Shown here piece by piece: positions 37,864 through 50,011 of a stretch of 64,000 nucleotides of DNA; positions within the stretch are counted from its first letter, which is position 1; every line of letters starts with the position of its first letter. The position numbers were made by a program, and so were the translations under genes. Origin of the DNA: Camelus dromedarius (lineage: Eukaryota); contig NC_087437.1 in NCBI RefSeq assembly GCF_036321535.1, positions 119,290,001-119,354,000 of the forward strand, in the 5' to 3' direction. Under the pieces are notes generated by a model, which searched no databases, was not told where the DNA came from, and saw only the letters and a program-made list of their open reading frames with translations.

Positions 37864-38424
37864 GCGCTCATGTATGTTTTCAGCCTGGGCCCCCTCCTGC
37901 TTGGTGGCCGGGGGAGGAGGACATGGATTTCATGAGCTGACAGTCTACTGCTCTTTCTGACTGTACGGGGCTCTCCTTGGTTACGAGGCCTGGAGCCTGG
38001 GCAAACACATGTGAGCCCAGCCTCCCTCTGGCTCAGCACTGGCTTCCCGGCCCTGGTGAGCCCTCCTCCCCAGCCTCAGCCCCACCAGCTCCTCTGCTTC
38101 CATTTAGCTGGGTGACTGTGGGGCGGGAGGGGACTGAGCCCCGCAGCCTCTCTCCTGTCTACTCGGGGCTTCCCGGGGCCATCTGAGGTCTTGGTCCGGC
38201 CTGTTTCAGGGTCTGTGGGTGCAGAGGTGCCCTTGACGGCTGGCTGGGCAGGGGCGGTGGGAGGGGGCTGTGGATGGGATGAAGGAAATGCTTCCAGAAG
38301 CAGAGCTTCAGCCTTGACCTCTCAGTCCTCCAGGCCCGGGGACTGGCCAGGCAGGCACATGCCAGCTGCATTTAGCCCCTGTAGCTAAGTCTCACAGGGA
38401 GACTGCACCGATGCACCGAAATGC

Positions 38425-38468
38425 TGTGTGTGTCTGTGTCTGTGTGTGTCTGTGTCTGTGTGTGTGTC
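38425..38468. repeat. (TG/TC)n compound microsatellite
   Basis: Read directly. Confidence 0.85.
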
Positions 38469-38759
38469 TGGCATTACTATGAATTTTACCACCTGAAGAC
38501 TTTCAAGACCCCTGGACCCCAAGAGTCCTAGTTTCCCACCCTCCCAATCCTCCCCCTACCCCATGCCCACCTTGGTATATTCCCCTTCCCTGCCTGTTTG
38601 TCTCAGGATGACGAAGTCCTCGTGGTCCCTAGAGTCCGCTGATGAGCTGGCATCTGTCAGGGTGCAGGATGAACCTTGGGGCCTCACAGGCGCACAGGCC
38701 CGGGCAGGTGGAAGGATGGAGAATTCAAGTCTGATTTGTTGGCGTAGAAAATGGAATCC

Positions 38760-38888
38760 GGGGAGGGTGGAGCTCAGTGGCAGACGCGTGCTTAGCGTGC
38801 GCGAGGTCCTGGTTCAATCCCCAGTGCCGCCACTAATAAATAAATAAGTGAACCTAATTACCGCCCCCTCACTCCCCCGAAAAGAATG
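38760..38888 (+). mobile_element. tRNA-derived SINE (camelid Vic-1-like)
   Basis: 'ggggagggtggagctcagtggcagacgcgtgcttagcgtgcgcgaggtcctggttcaatccccagtgccgcc' plus (AATA)n and C-rich end; aaatggaat TSD on both sides. Confidence 0.9.
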
Positions 38889-39442
38889 GAAATGGAATTC
38901 AAACACAGACAGCTCTTCTCATTATTGGGATTCATGGCAGAGAGTACAGCACAGGCAAAATAATGATTTGTGTTTGAATGAAGTCCTTCCCCCAGTGGGT
39001 CTCCATCTTTAACCATGTGGACCTGGGCTAAAATAGCCCTTATCTGTCCTGGAACACCCCCAAAGGGAGGTGAAGGCGGGGGAGGTGGTCTGCTCAGCTT
39101 GAGGCTCAGAGTAAGCGGCCGGGGGAGACTCACCTCCAGCAGAGCTGTGGATGAATGAATACAGGAGCCGCTGGTTTCTGTGAGCATCGCAAATGGCCCT
39201 TTCCACAAGGGACGTGGGGAAGATGACGGATAAACAAGCTGAAAACCATCAAGGAGAATTGGAGGCATTGGCTTTCTATGTGGAACTTGATTGTGTTTAG
39301 GTAATATTCCCCATTCCTGCCCCAGCCTCCCAAGGGGTGCAGAGGGGGCACCAGACCTGCCGGCTGACTTCTGCAGACGAGAGGACCCTTCTATTCTACA
39401 CAACTGCAGCCTCCACGCCCACCATTGCCTAAACTGCACGGG

Positions 39443-39560
39443 TGCTGGCTGTCCAGCAGGTCGGACGGACACTGTCGGTCCAGCAGGTCTGGTGCTGGCC
39501 GCCGGCAGGTCTGGAGCTGGCCGCCCGGCAGGTCTGATGCTGGCTGTCCGACAGGTCTGG
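39443..39560. repeat. Degenerate 22-23-bp tandem repeat, 5 units, core CAGGTC(T/G)G
   Basis: Units at 39443, 39473, 39493, 39515 and 39538. Confidence 0.85.
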
Positions 39561-40849
39561 GGGCTTCAGGAGTTTTCTGCTGCTTCTCCTGGAACGGGGC
39601 TGACCTCCACTCAGCACCCACTCCATCTCCCCACCTGAGACGGCTCAGGTGGCTTGGGGAGAAGCCTCTGCTTCCTCCATTCAGCACCATTTTAGGTGAC
39701 TCGTCCTCGCTCTGGGCCCCAAAGTGCAAAGGAAAAAGATGGGTCATTTCAGCAGACTCCTGGGGCAAGGTGGGGGTCTGGGAATCATAGCCTTTAAAAG
39801 CTGCTTTTAAAACAATACGGCAGGATTTAGAAATTGGCAACTGACTATTCTATGTTTATTTGAAGCATGATGGAATCATTTATGGCTGTATTTATTCAAA
39901 ACCTGTCTCAGTGAAAAAAAAATATTTGGTTTAACAGAGGCTGTGCCAGGGGTTGGGGGGGAGGAAGAATTCTGGGAAACCAAAATTGGGTTTCAGCGTC
40001 TCTAGTCCAAACATTTGGGGAGCCATTGGTTTCCATGTCTGTTGGGGAACCGGATGACCTCACGGTGCTGAATCCGGCCTGCGCGAGCAGCAGGACGCAC
40101 TGTAATTGGAGGGGAAACCCTCACCACTGCTTATCTCTAGGGAGGAGACGAGTCGCAGACAGAAGGTAAGGAAAGCAACGTCAAGCGGTAATTCTAGTCC
40201 TTAGAAATCTTACGGTGGCCAAATGGAATTTATTTTAAGATTCTGATGTCATCACCTTGGCACTTTATTTTCTGAGCAATGTGCCCTGTCTTGGAGGTGA
40301 AGACGGCTCACTCCAGTGTTAGGTCATTACCACAACGCCCAGACAAAAGCCAGTGTGAGGTCACCTGGCTGCTGCCAGGGCCAGGTTTATAGCCAGCTGG
40401 GGACCACTTAGTGGCAGGGCTGCCACCCCCGCTGCATTCTTGAGCTGGTTGATTCCAGCAGATGCGCTTCCGCAGCGGAGGTGCTGGGCTGTGAGGCGGC
40501 GAGGTCCCGGGGAACAGGGATGCACAGGCACGCAGATCCCGTCCTGCTCGGGAAAGCTCCCAGATGGTTTTCCTTCTTCCAGAGTAACAGAGGGCTGGGG
40601 GGTGGGGGGAGTCAGGTTGCTGGGGCAAGTTGCTTGAGGGCATCCAGCTGACCTCTTCTGTAACTGCCTGTGAGCTGCTTGTCCCACGCCAGGGACAGAC
40701 CAGCGGGAAGTGGTGGGAGTCTGTGCCGGAACTTCGGCATTCAGACCTGCAGCTAAATTCACTGCTCCTGGACTGACGTCCTTGATTAAAACTTCATTGC
40801 TGCTTTCCTGTTTTCTTTTTCTTTTCCCATTTTCTCCCCATAGCAAGCA

Positions 40850-41017
40850 TGCTCTAAACGCTTTGCTTCTCTAAGATCGACAAGCACAGGAGTCACCTGG
40901 AGGTCTTGCAGATTCTGATGCAATCGGTCCCAGAGGCCAGCCTGGGAGTCAGTGTGACCAACAAGCTCGCTGTGATACTTCTGCCCTGGTCCGGGGACCA
41001 CACTTTGAGTAGCCAGG
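40850..41017. mobile_element. MER5A-like hAT element
   Basis: 'ggagtcacctggagg...gcagattctgatgcaatcggtc...ctggtccggggaccacactttgagtagc'. Confidence 0.75.
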
Positions 41018-41070
41018 CCCGAAACCTCCTTTGACCCCAGGAGACTTCTAGAACTGGCTCCTGACAGCCC

Positions 41071-41572
41071 CGTGAATGAGAAATATTGCAGCCGTATCAG
41101 TTAACAAAGGACGGTGCGGCCATCAAGTCATCAGCCACTACTACCACCGGACAGTGAGGGGAGGGAACTCGGGATGCAGACAGGCAGGCAGCCCCACCCT
41201 GCTGCCACCCTCAGCGGGGGCCCCGAGTGGACTCAGGATGTGGACGCACAGGACACGGGTCCTGGACAGCTCAGGTGCACATCAGGGGAATGATTTCAGT
41301 GAGCCCAGACCTTTGCACCTTCCCATACATAGAAAAGCACTAAATTCCTTAACTTGAGATATTTGGTTTCCTTTAATTAACAGTGATCTTTTGATGTTCT
41401 GACTACCTGGTCTTTGTTGCAAAAACTCCTGTATCCTGGCTTCTACCTTGTCTCTTTGAAACAGCTTCTTACAGCCATCACAGAGGCTGTGTTCCAGCTC
41501 GAGTCCTAAGAAAATCTACTGAATAAAATGTAGTTCTCAGCTTTTAGGCTGTGCTTTTTACTTCAGTCAACA
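41071..41572 (+). mobile_element. ERV solo LTR (cetartiodactyl ERV1-like)
   Basis: AATAAA at 41522-41527, ends ...cttcagtcaaCA; imperfect 4-bp TSD gccc/gcac. Confidence 0.75.
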
Positions 41573-42914
41573 GCACCGTGCCGCGCGCACATCCGGTGCT
41601 GGGAGACATGAGTCCGCAATCCCGATAACCTCTGCGACGCGGTAATGGCCTGAACGTGGTGGACGGTGAGGTCCCAGTTATGAGACTTGAGGGAAAGACC
41701 GACGTGCCCATCAGTGAGGAAGGCATGGGTAGGCGGCCGCGAGGCCGGGGAGAAGTGAAAGCCACGCAGAGCCTGAGCCTCAAAAGATAGAGGGGCTCTT
41801 GCACGGAGAGTGGAGCGCAAGAGAAGAGTGAGCACCGCGCACGGAGCGAGTGCCGCCTGGCCTCCTGCAAAAGAGACCTCCGGGCTGGTAGGGGGCGCTG
41901 TGAGTGGGTGGCCAGGGGCTCCCCGTTGGAGTATCAACTGCAACTTGGGGATGGATTCAGGCCGAACTCAAGGCTGGGCCCTGGGGAACTAGGCAGAGAT
42001 GACCCTGCTTCCTTGGAGTCGCAAGGAGCCGCAAACTGGACTGTCGCCAGCACGCTCCAGGGCCTGGGACGGGCGGGTGGCACGCGGCGGGTTCTCGGTC
42101 AGTGCCTCTTGAGCGGATGGAGTGGAAACAGGGCAGGAATGAAACGAGCGGCCTGATGGGTGCAGGAAGCAGGCTCAGACCGCCTGTGTTGCGCGGTGGC
42201 CTCCTGCCGCAGTCTGTCCCCAGAGGAGCGGGGTGACTGCGGATAGGAGAAGGATCGCGGAAGATGCGCGCTAGAGTCTGAGTCTCCCCAGGGGAAATCG
42301 TGGGGCTTGGTACGGCCCTGGGGTTATCAGCCGTGGGGTCAAGGGGACCTAACTCGGCTCTGGGGGCTCAGACTGAAGTGGGCTCGGAACCAGGAGGCGG
42401 CCCAGCTGGTTATCCCCGCACATCCTCGGGGTGGGGGGAGCAGCCCCTTGGGTGGGCCAGGGCACTGCCTCTCCTGGAGCCTCTTGTCGACTTGGGGACT
42501 GGGTGTCCCCATCACAGAGGGTGCCTGCGTAGGGCCGGGGAGCAAGGCCAGGCCTGAGGGCCCTAAGAGAGCCCTGGACAAACTCGCCCTGGCCTCCCTG
42601 GCCCAGGACCCTCCACTCCCAGGTGGGGGTCCTGCACATCCCTGCTCATCACGGTCACTGAGGTCCCCACAAAGCCCAGCGAGCAGCAGCCCAGGAAGCC
42701 TTGTGTTAGGTGTCTGACTTTGTAAGCGCTTTTAAACCCCTCGTGCCCGTGGGCCCTGGGCAGCTGCCTCAGCTTGGGGAAGTCTTCAGGGCAGACAGCC
42801 TGGACAGGTCCTGCCCGCTGAGAGACCGCCTTTGTGCTTCCCCAGGTCAGCCCTAAGGGGAGAAGGCAGTGTGTTCCCGCCATTATGATTTAAACTTCTC
42901 ATTGTGATATATAT

Positions 42915-44400
42915 ATAGTTCCAGCCTTTGAAAAGAGTTGCAAGAATAGTACAAAAGATTCCTGTGCTTTCAAGTAGTAGATTTGCTGCTTTTTTTACCT
43001 CTAGTGCAATCTCTGTGTAAATCCCTTTTCTTACACTTGTATAGTATAATATCTCTAGGTCTAGATCTTTGCATATGATATGGTATAATCTCCATCTATG
43101 CATGGATCCTTTTTCGAGATATAATCTGCCTCTATTTCCTTTTATATATACATATAGAGGTCTGTTTATGTATATTTTTTATATATAGTATAAGCTGTCT
43201 ATCTTTTCATATAAACGTATATACTATAATCTCTGTGCTATGGTCTGAATGTTTTTGTCCTTCCAAAATTCACATGCTGAAATTTAATCCTCGATGTGAT
43301 GGTGTTAGGAGGTGGGGGCATTTGGGAGGTGCTTAGGTCATGAGGGTGGAGCCCCTGTGAATGAGGTCAGTGTCCTTCTATAACAGCTCCACAGAGCTCC
43401 CTCTCCCTCCACCAGATGAGGACACAGTGAGAAGAAGGTCCTCGTCAGACACTGAATCTGCCGGAGCCTCGATGTGGACTTCCCAGCATCCAGAACCGTG
43501 AGAAATAAATTTTCATTGTGTCTAGGCCACCTGGTGTGCGGCGTTCTATCACAGCAGCCTAAACGGACTCGGACACTCTGTCCATATGTGTGTATATATG
43601 TATCTTTTCATACGTGTTATAATCTCTTTCTGTGCATTCATCTTTTCATATATACACATTATTTCTCTGTCTCTTCCCTGTGTTTTCATATATGCATATA
43701 TATGCTTTTCTTTTCTAAAAAGCAACTAGTTCTCCACTCTTGAACTGCTCTTGGGTTAAAAGGAAGATTTCATATATATATATAGTTCTCTTCCATCACC
43801 AGAGTAATCTGTCAAAATCAGGAGACTTAACATAGCTACATCCTAGTCTCTAATCTACCATCCATATTCAAACATAATTCCCCCTTTCTAAGTTAAAAAA
43901 CGTAGATCTGGTTAACATTTAGCATGACTATTTGGTTACCACTTCACCATCGGTACATTAGAGCAAATAAAAATGATGGCGGTAGTCCCGGGAACAGGAT
44001 GACGCAAAGCGGAGCGGTGTTCCCGCCACCTCTTTCTGGTGGGTCAGAGCTGCTGGTTGGTTGGCCCTTTGTCATCGTCCTCACAAGTTCCTTCCCCAGG
44101 ACGAATAAGGGAGGCTTTCTTTGCCTGTTTCTGTTCCCTTGAAAAGGGTCTGGAAGGCTTGAAAAACGTTCAAATAATTACTTGTCCAGAGGTGACTTCT
44201 TTTGGGGAACAGAGGGACACTTTTTCGGGGCGAGGTATAGCTGCTGATGAAGAGGAAAAATAAAGAAGCCTTGCAAATGAGCTAACCCTCTTCATAATTT
44301 GTAAAATACAGACTCCCTTTACAGCTACTTTTTTCTGGTCCAGGATCCTCTCCAGAATCACATGTCACATTAGTTGTCATGATCATGATGATATTGAGGG
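42915..44400 (-). mobile_element. Old L1M 3' end fragmented by an AT-rich minisatellite and later insertions
   Basis: L1M-like pieces at ~42925-42990, 43790-43875 and 44300-44380. Confidence 0.55.
43236..43575 (+). mobile_element. MaLR solo LTR (MLT1A-like)
   Basis: TG...CA termini; perfect 5-bp TSD CTCTG (43231-43235 / 43576-43580). Confidence 0.93.
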
Positions 44401-45440
44401 GAAATACTATTTTCATTTTCTTTAGTAAAGCATAAAACTAGAGTGAATGGCATAAACGTTGCTTTTATTTAAAGACTCAGAACCCACAGATCCTGTCCAT
44501 CAATCAGCAAACAAAATCTGTAAAGACTGGCCCTGGGCAGACCTCACGGGGCTGACGTCGGGGAGCAGGGGGGCGAAGGCCTGGCTTCAGGTTTCAGGCT
44601 GTGAAGCCCTGTCGGCCGTCCTGACCCGGGCTGTCCTGTGCCCGTTCTTCAGACGGCAGTGCCTGGTTCTTCACTCTTGAATCTGGTTTCAGACACTGCT
44701 CTTGTGTTAAAAGGCAGACTTCTTGGCCGTGCTCTTCGATCATGAATTTAACTACAAGTTTTGCCCTAGCTGTGACGGAATGAAGGCTTCCCGGCCAAAT
44801 CAAAGCTGTGAGTCTCCAGGGTTCAACTGGATCAGCCCGTCTTTCCATAATGGAATAACAATTCTTTGTCCAGAGTGATGTTGGTCCCTCTCAACCTCCA
44901 TGCCCTTTTGTGGAGAGGCGTTACCTCCGAGGGCCTGTGTGGTGCAGGTAAGGGGCAAGAGAGGTGATGAGGAGGGGGCTGGTGGCCACACTCTTCAGGC
45001 TCCAAGCTGGGGCGCAATTTGGACCAGAGCCTCTGACTGACCTCGGGCTGGGACCGCCTGCATCCCAGCGTCCAGCAGGTGAGACTGGGAAGAGCCACAG
45101 ACAAAATGAAGGGATGTTTTTAGCCTGCCTTTCATCTAAAAAAAATCTTTTTAAACATATTAAACGTTTTGCCCAACAGCAAAATGTCCAGGAAGCTTTC
45201 TGCGTGGACAGAGGATACTTAAAGCGCAGCTAAACCTGGCTTGGGTAACATTCTTGGTTTTTCGACCCAGGTGTTGAGGTTGTTTCGCCTCCCTAAATGT
45301 GCTTTCATTGTGGCGCAGAAACAAGCATTTCTATAACACCTGCTCTCCCCTGCAGGTGGAGGATGGGGCTCACAGTGTGTGGGAAGTTTGTCCAGGGTGA
45401 CCCAGCTGGTGAGGGGCAGAGCCAGGCTGTTTAGAGACAC

Positions 45441-45530
45441 CTCAGAGGCACCAGTTCAGAGGTGAGTGCTTTTGAGGTCACTATGTCAGAGGTCATAATC
45501 CCAGAGGTCACCAGCTCGGAGGGGACCCTG
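45441..45530. repeat. Degenerate 15-bp tandem repeat with (CAG)AGGTCA core
   Basis: AGGTGA 45460; AGGTCA 45475, 45490, 45505; AGGGGA 45520. Confidence 0.85.
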
Positions 45531-46073
45531 GCGCGACCCAGAGTTACACGGCAGGTGATCCGGGCAGCGAGGAGCGGAGCACAGCCCCTGCACTCGGAGA
45601 GCCCGTCCCCGCCCTGATCTTCCAGGCGCATGCTGCTCCTTTGATGATTAACTGCTGACAGATTTTGAAGGACACTCCCCGGAATCTACTATTCTGTAAA
45701 AGGCACCCGATTCCCTGGTGAGACAGGAAGAGGGTGTGGAATCAGGTGACCTGAGTTTAACTCCCCATCTTCTGTCGGGAGATAAGTACAGGAACACATT
45801 TCCTATCCTCTCAGACGGTCATTTCCAGGAATCCACAAGGCCACATGCATGAGAGCTGCAGTCCCGCTGCCTGGATCTCAACAACACATTCAAATACACA
45901 CTGGAGACCTGGCCAGGCTCCTCTGCGCCTTGCCATGGATCAAGGGTGAGGACTTCCCAGGAGCAGCTTTTTAAAATTCTAAACATTTTATTATGAACAT
46001 TTTCAGACGTAGGGAAAGGTTGTAACAAATCGTGAAGGTGAAAATCCCACATTCTACAATCAACTCTGGCTCC

Positions 46074-46263
46074 ACTACTATAAAATGGGTAAACAACAAG
46101 GACCTAGTGCACAGCACAGGGCACTATAGTCGGTATCTGTAATAACCTGGGATGGAAAAGACTCTGAAAGAGAACACATATATATGCATGCCTGAGTCAC
46201 CTTGCTGTGCACCTGAAATGAACACAACGTTGTAAATCAGCTATGCTTCAATTTAAAAAAAAA
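46074..46263 (+). mobile_element. Short artiodactyl L1 3' end, inserted among older antisense L1M sequence
   Basis: Colinear with 9135-9327; poly-A tail. Confidence 0.88.
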
Positions 46264-46479
46264 GGAAGAGGAAAAATGTAAAAGAAAAAAACCACTCGCT
46301 GCACCCGCCTTCTCTCAGGTGCGCCGCCCTTCACCCTCCGTCCTGCAGCCTGTGCTGTCTTGCTTTGATGCAGAGTGACTTGCAGAATTCAGACACTTCA
46401 CCCTAAACCTCGGTTCCCTACGGGCGACATTAGACTCCAACACTTGTTCACAGGGCTTTTTCTTTTTTTTTGGTTTGGT

Positions 46480-47150
46480 TTTTTGAAGTAAAATTTAGAT
46501 ACATTGAAATGCACAAATTTTACCTGTACATCCACTGAGTTTTGACGAATGCGTAAACCTCCATCAAGGTCCGGAACACCTCCCGAACTCCAGAACATTC
46601 CCTGATGCTCCCCGCTAGGCAGTCCCCATGCTCACCCGTCAGAAGCAACCACTGCTCAGGCGTTTCCCCCCGGGGCCTTGTGTAGCTTGTGCCAGAACCG
46701 TTTGAAAATGGCATCATCACGTGTGAAGTCAGTTGTACCTGGTTCCTTCCACCCAGCACGGGGCTTCGGCGATGCGCCTGTGTTGTTTGTGATTCATCAA
46801 AAGCTCATTCCTCCGTGGTGCTGAGCGGCGCCCCACTGTACGAATGCACTACAGTGTGCTCGTCCGCCCCTTTGTTAGTAAACCCGGGGGCGGTTTCCAG
46901 TGCGTGGCTATTAGGAATTCAGCTGCCGTGAACATTCAAGAACACATCTCCGTGTGGTGTTTTGGTTTTTCATGTATCTTGGGTAAGTGTCTCAGATGGA
47001 ATTGCTGGGTTTAGGGTAGGAGTGTGTTTAGTTTTATAAGAAACTTTCAGTCCTTTTCCTTCCACCAGCCACACGTGTTTGTGAGCTCCGGTCCCTTTAC
47101 ATCCTTGTCAGTGTTTTGTGTTATCTTTTGAAACATGAGTCGCTCCGGAG
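46480..47150 (-). mobile_element. Old L1M (L1MB/ME-like) 3' region
   Basis: 'aaatgcacaaattttacctgtaca...ggaattgctgggtttagggtaggagtgtgtttagttttataagaaact'. Confidence 0.8.
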
Positions 47151-50011
47151 GGCAACTTCAATAAACTGTAACCTTTCAAAAACCCCAATGTCATATTCTG
47201 TTTGGTTTCCATCCATCTTTGAAGGCCCATTAAATTTTATGTAGATCAACAGATTGGGAGCCAATTCTCCAAAATAGCGTAGAATCTAAAATTTGTCTTT
47301 TCTGTGGCCGAGCCCCCCAGCTGGCACCGCTCTGCCATTAGGTCAGGGCCCAGGTGTCACATCGCCATGTGAATGAGCCTGTCTTTCACTTGCTTCTCTC
47401 AGGAGGGGGCCGCCAGCACTCTGGGCAGCATGGTGTCAGCTCTCCTTTTCCTTAGAAGGACACTGAGGCCCAGGTGGCCGAGCCGCCGGGCGGCCCCGGG
47501 AAGCTTGGCCTGAGCTGACTCTGCAGCCTGTGCCCCCACCGGGCTCCGTGCCCTCTACGGGCTGCTCCCCCTCTGAGTCCCCCGGCCTTGGGGCCCCCAG
47601 TGGTTGGCGCTTTTATGGAGACGGCTGTCTCTCCATCTCACTCAGCCCTCAAAAACACTCTAGGCAGAGTGATAGCCTCCTTCAGAAGGCATCAGGGAAG
47701 TGCCAGTCTTGCCCCTGGCACGTGATGTCCGGGTACAGCACCCACGCGGCTGGCGGGCGCAGGACCCTCTACACCTGCCCAGGGGGGAGCCCTCTGGGTT
47801 CACTCTGGCCCCCGCGGGCCCCCGGCCCCTGTCACATTCTTTGTAGCTCTGGCCTGAATGCAATGGGGCTGTGGGGACAGAGTCTGTGAACATCTCAACC
47901 CAGACAGGGCCATTCCCAGCAAGAGTAAAGGCCTGTGATGCCCCCAGCATGACCCCTTTCCCCAGCCCAGAGCGGAGCCCTCCTTCCCGAAAGCCAGGGT
48001 GGCCCAGAGGCCGTCTCTGGCCGCTGAGTGCTCTTCGGTGACCCGTGTTCAGACTGCGATTCTGTTGCTGTTCTCTTTCCCTGAAGCTTCCTCCCACTTG
48101 GTGGACAAACCCACTTCTCCCTTCAGGGACTTTCCTGTGAACCAGTGTCCAACACTGCTGCCCCGAGCAAGGGCTCAGCCTGTCCCAGCAGCCCGGGGCC
48201 GGCCCACAATGCTCCAGCTCACAGGACCCTACCTGGCCCTTCGGTCTGCTTGAATACTCCCAGGGTCGGGGAGCTCATCACCACACCCAGCAGCCGTCTG
48301 CCCAGCTCCAGCTATGAGAGACCTCTTCCTGAACCGAGCCAAAACCCGCCTGGAGACAACCTCAGCCACCATCCCTTGTTCCAATTTTTGGCTTTCTTTC
48401 CTAACAAGTATGTGCTGCTTCTCCATGGCATGTTCAGACACTTGACACGCCTGCCTCTGGTCTTCTCCGGGGGAACTATTCCCACAGGTGGGCACCACAC
48501 CTGTCCTGCCCACACCCTCCCCTCCCCAGCGAGTACACGTTCCACCAATATTTTCTCCTCCTGCATAGATGTCAGTCAGTTAGCAGTGGGGCCCCACGGA
48601 CCCCGGAGGATGTGGATTCTGCTGGTGTTAGCCCGAGGGAAAGACAGGCCAGGAGTGGGCGTCCCGGGTGAAGTGAGAACAGTGTGACATGCTGGGGGGT
48701 GGGGCAGCCTTGCCATGGCCTCGCTCCACACCACGTGGGTGGAGTGAGTGGGGTGGGGCAGGTGGCAGTTGTGAGCCTGGGCTGGCAGGAGGCCTGAGAG
48801 CTCAGAACTGGGGGAGGACCCTGAGAAAGTGTAGAGGGGGACCTCAGCGCCCGCCTCAGCCTTGCCCTGGGCATCCCGGAGCTGTCCTGGCACAGGGCAG
48901 AGCAATCTAGAACATACCTGGGGCAGGAATTCTCCCTTCTGGGGAACTTCTGAGTGGGGAATGCTGGGCACAGGGCCCAGGAGGTCACCACAGGGAGGGA
49001 GGGGCCCCGGAGGGGCCCTGCCCCCTACTCCACCCCACCTCTCCTGAGCCTCTGGGGTTTCGGGCCACCGGGCGGGGGGCAGGTCTCCTTCTGGTTCCTC
49101 CTCACAGACAGAGATAAGGCCTGAGGGCAAAGTCACAGCCATCTCTGCTGCAACTCCAAGCACGCCACGGCAAGTCCAAGGCCAGAGTCGGACTCACTGA
49201 CTGAGGGCAGTGGGGGTGGCACTGTGGGGACAGAGCCAGCACCAGGAAGGTGGCCCTGCCGAGGGCCATGGCCGTCTCTCTGGGATTATCGCCTTCTCCC
49301 TCCTTCCCTCCCTTCCTTTCTTCATTCTTTCCTTCCATTCTTCTAAGGAGTATTTCCAAGAGGATAAACTGGGTGATCTAAAGGCCATTTTATTTCTGTT
49401 TTATAAAAGTTGAGAGAAGGAAAATCGAAATTATCGTGCACCAGAGTTTCAGCTCTGGCAGGCCCCAGGGGGTGGGGCGGAATCCCTCAGGGGGACAGGC
49501 GGACGCGAAGGTCCTGTGAGGTTGTGTTGCTGGTTTCAGCCCCTCCTGCTTTGCACAGCCAGACCTAGCCCAGCTGGTCCTGCCCCCTGGCCGCGCTGCC
49601 TTCCTCCAGGTGCTTAGAGACACGATGCCGCGCCCTCCTTGGGCTCGTAGGCCAGGGGAGAGGGGAGGCCTCGGCCTGGAAGCAGAGTGAGCTGATTTCA
49701 GAATCCCTCGCCCCATCCTCTGCTCCCACCACTGCCGGCCCAACAGCTTCCTCATCTCATTTTCTCAGAATCATTTGGGAAGTCTCAAGGACAAGCCATT
49801 CAAACACGTAGCAGTTCTCATGTCCAGAGGCATCATCTTTAGTGAGCAGACGTATCCCAGCAGAAGAATAATTCCCCTCTTTGTGGGTCGCCTCTGCATG
49901 AGCATTGCAACAGGCGACCATATTAAGATGTCTGCAGACAAGAGCAAGCAAAGACTCGGGGTGGGGCCCACCTGGGTCCTGTGGGATCCTTTCTTCCTTT
50001 TCATTTATAAT

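Noticed and set aside
39443..39560. Repeat array as CRISPR-like
   Set aside because: Eukaryotic context, units mostly abut with no unique spacers, and there are no cas genes.
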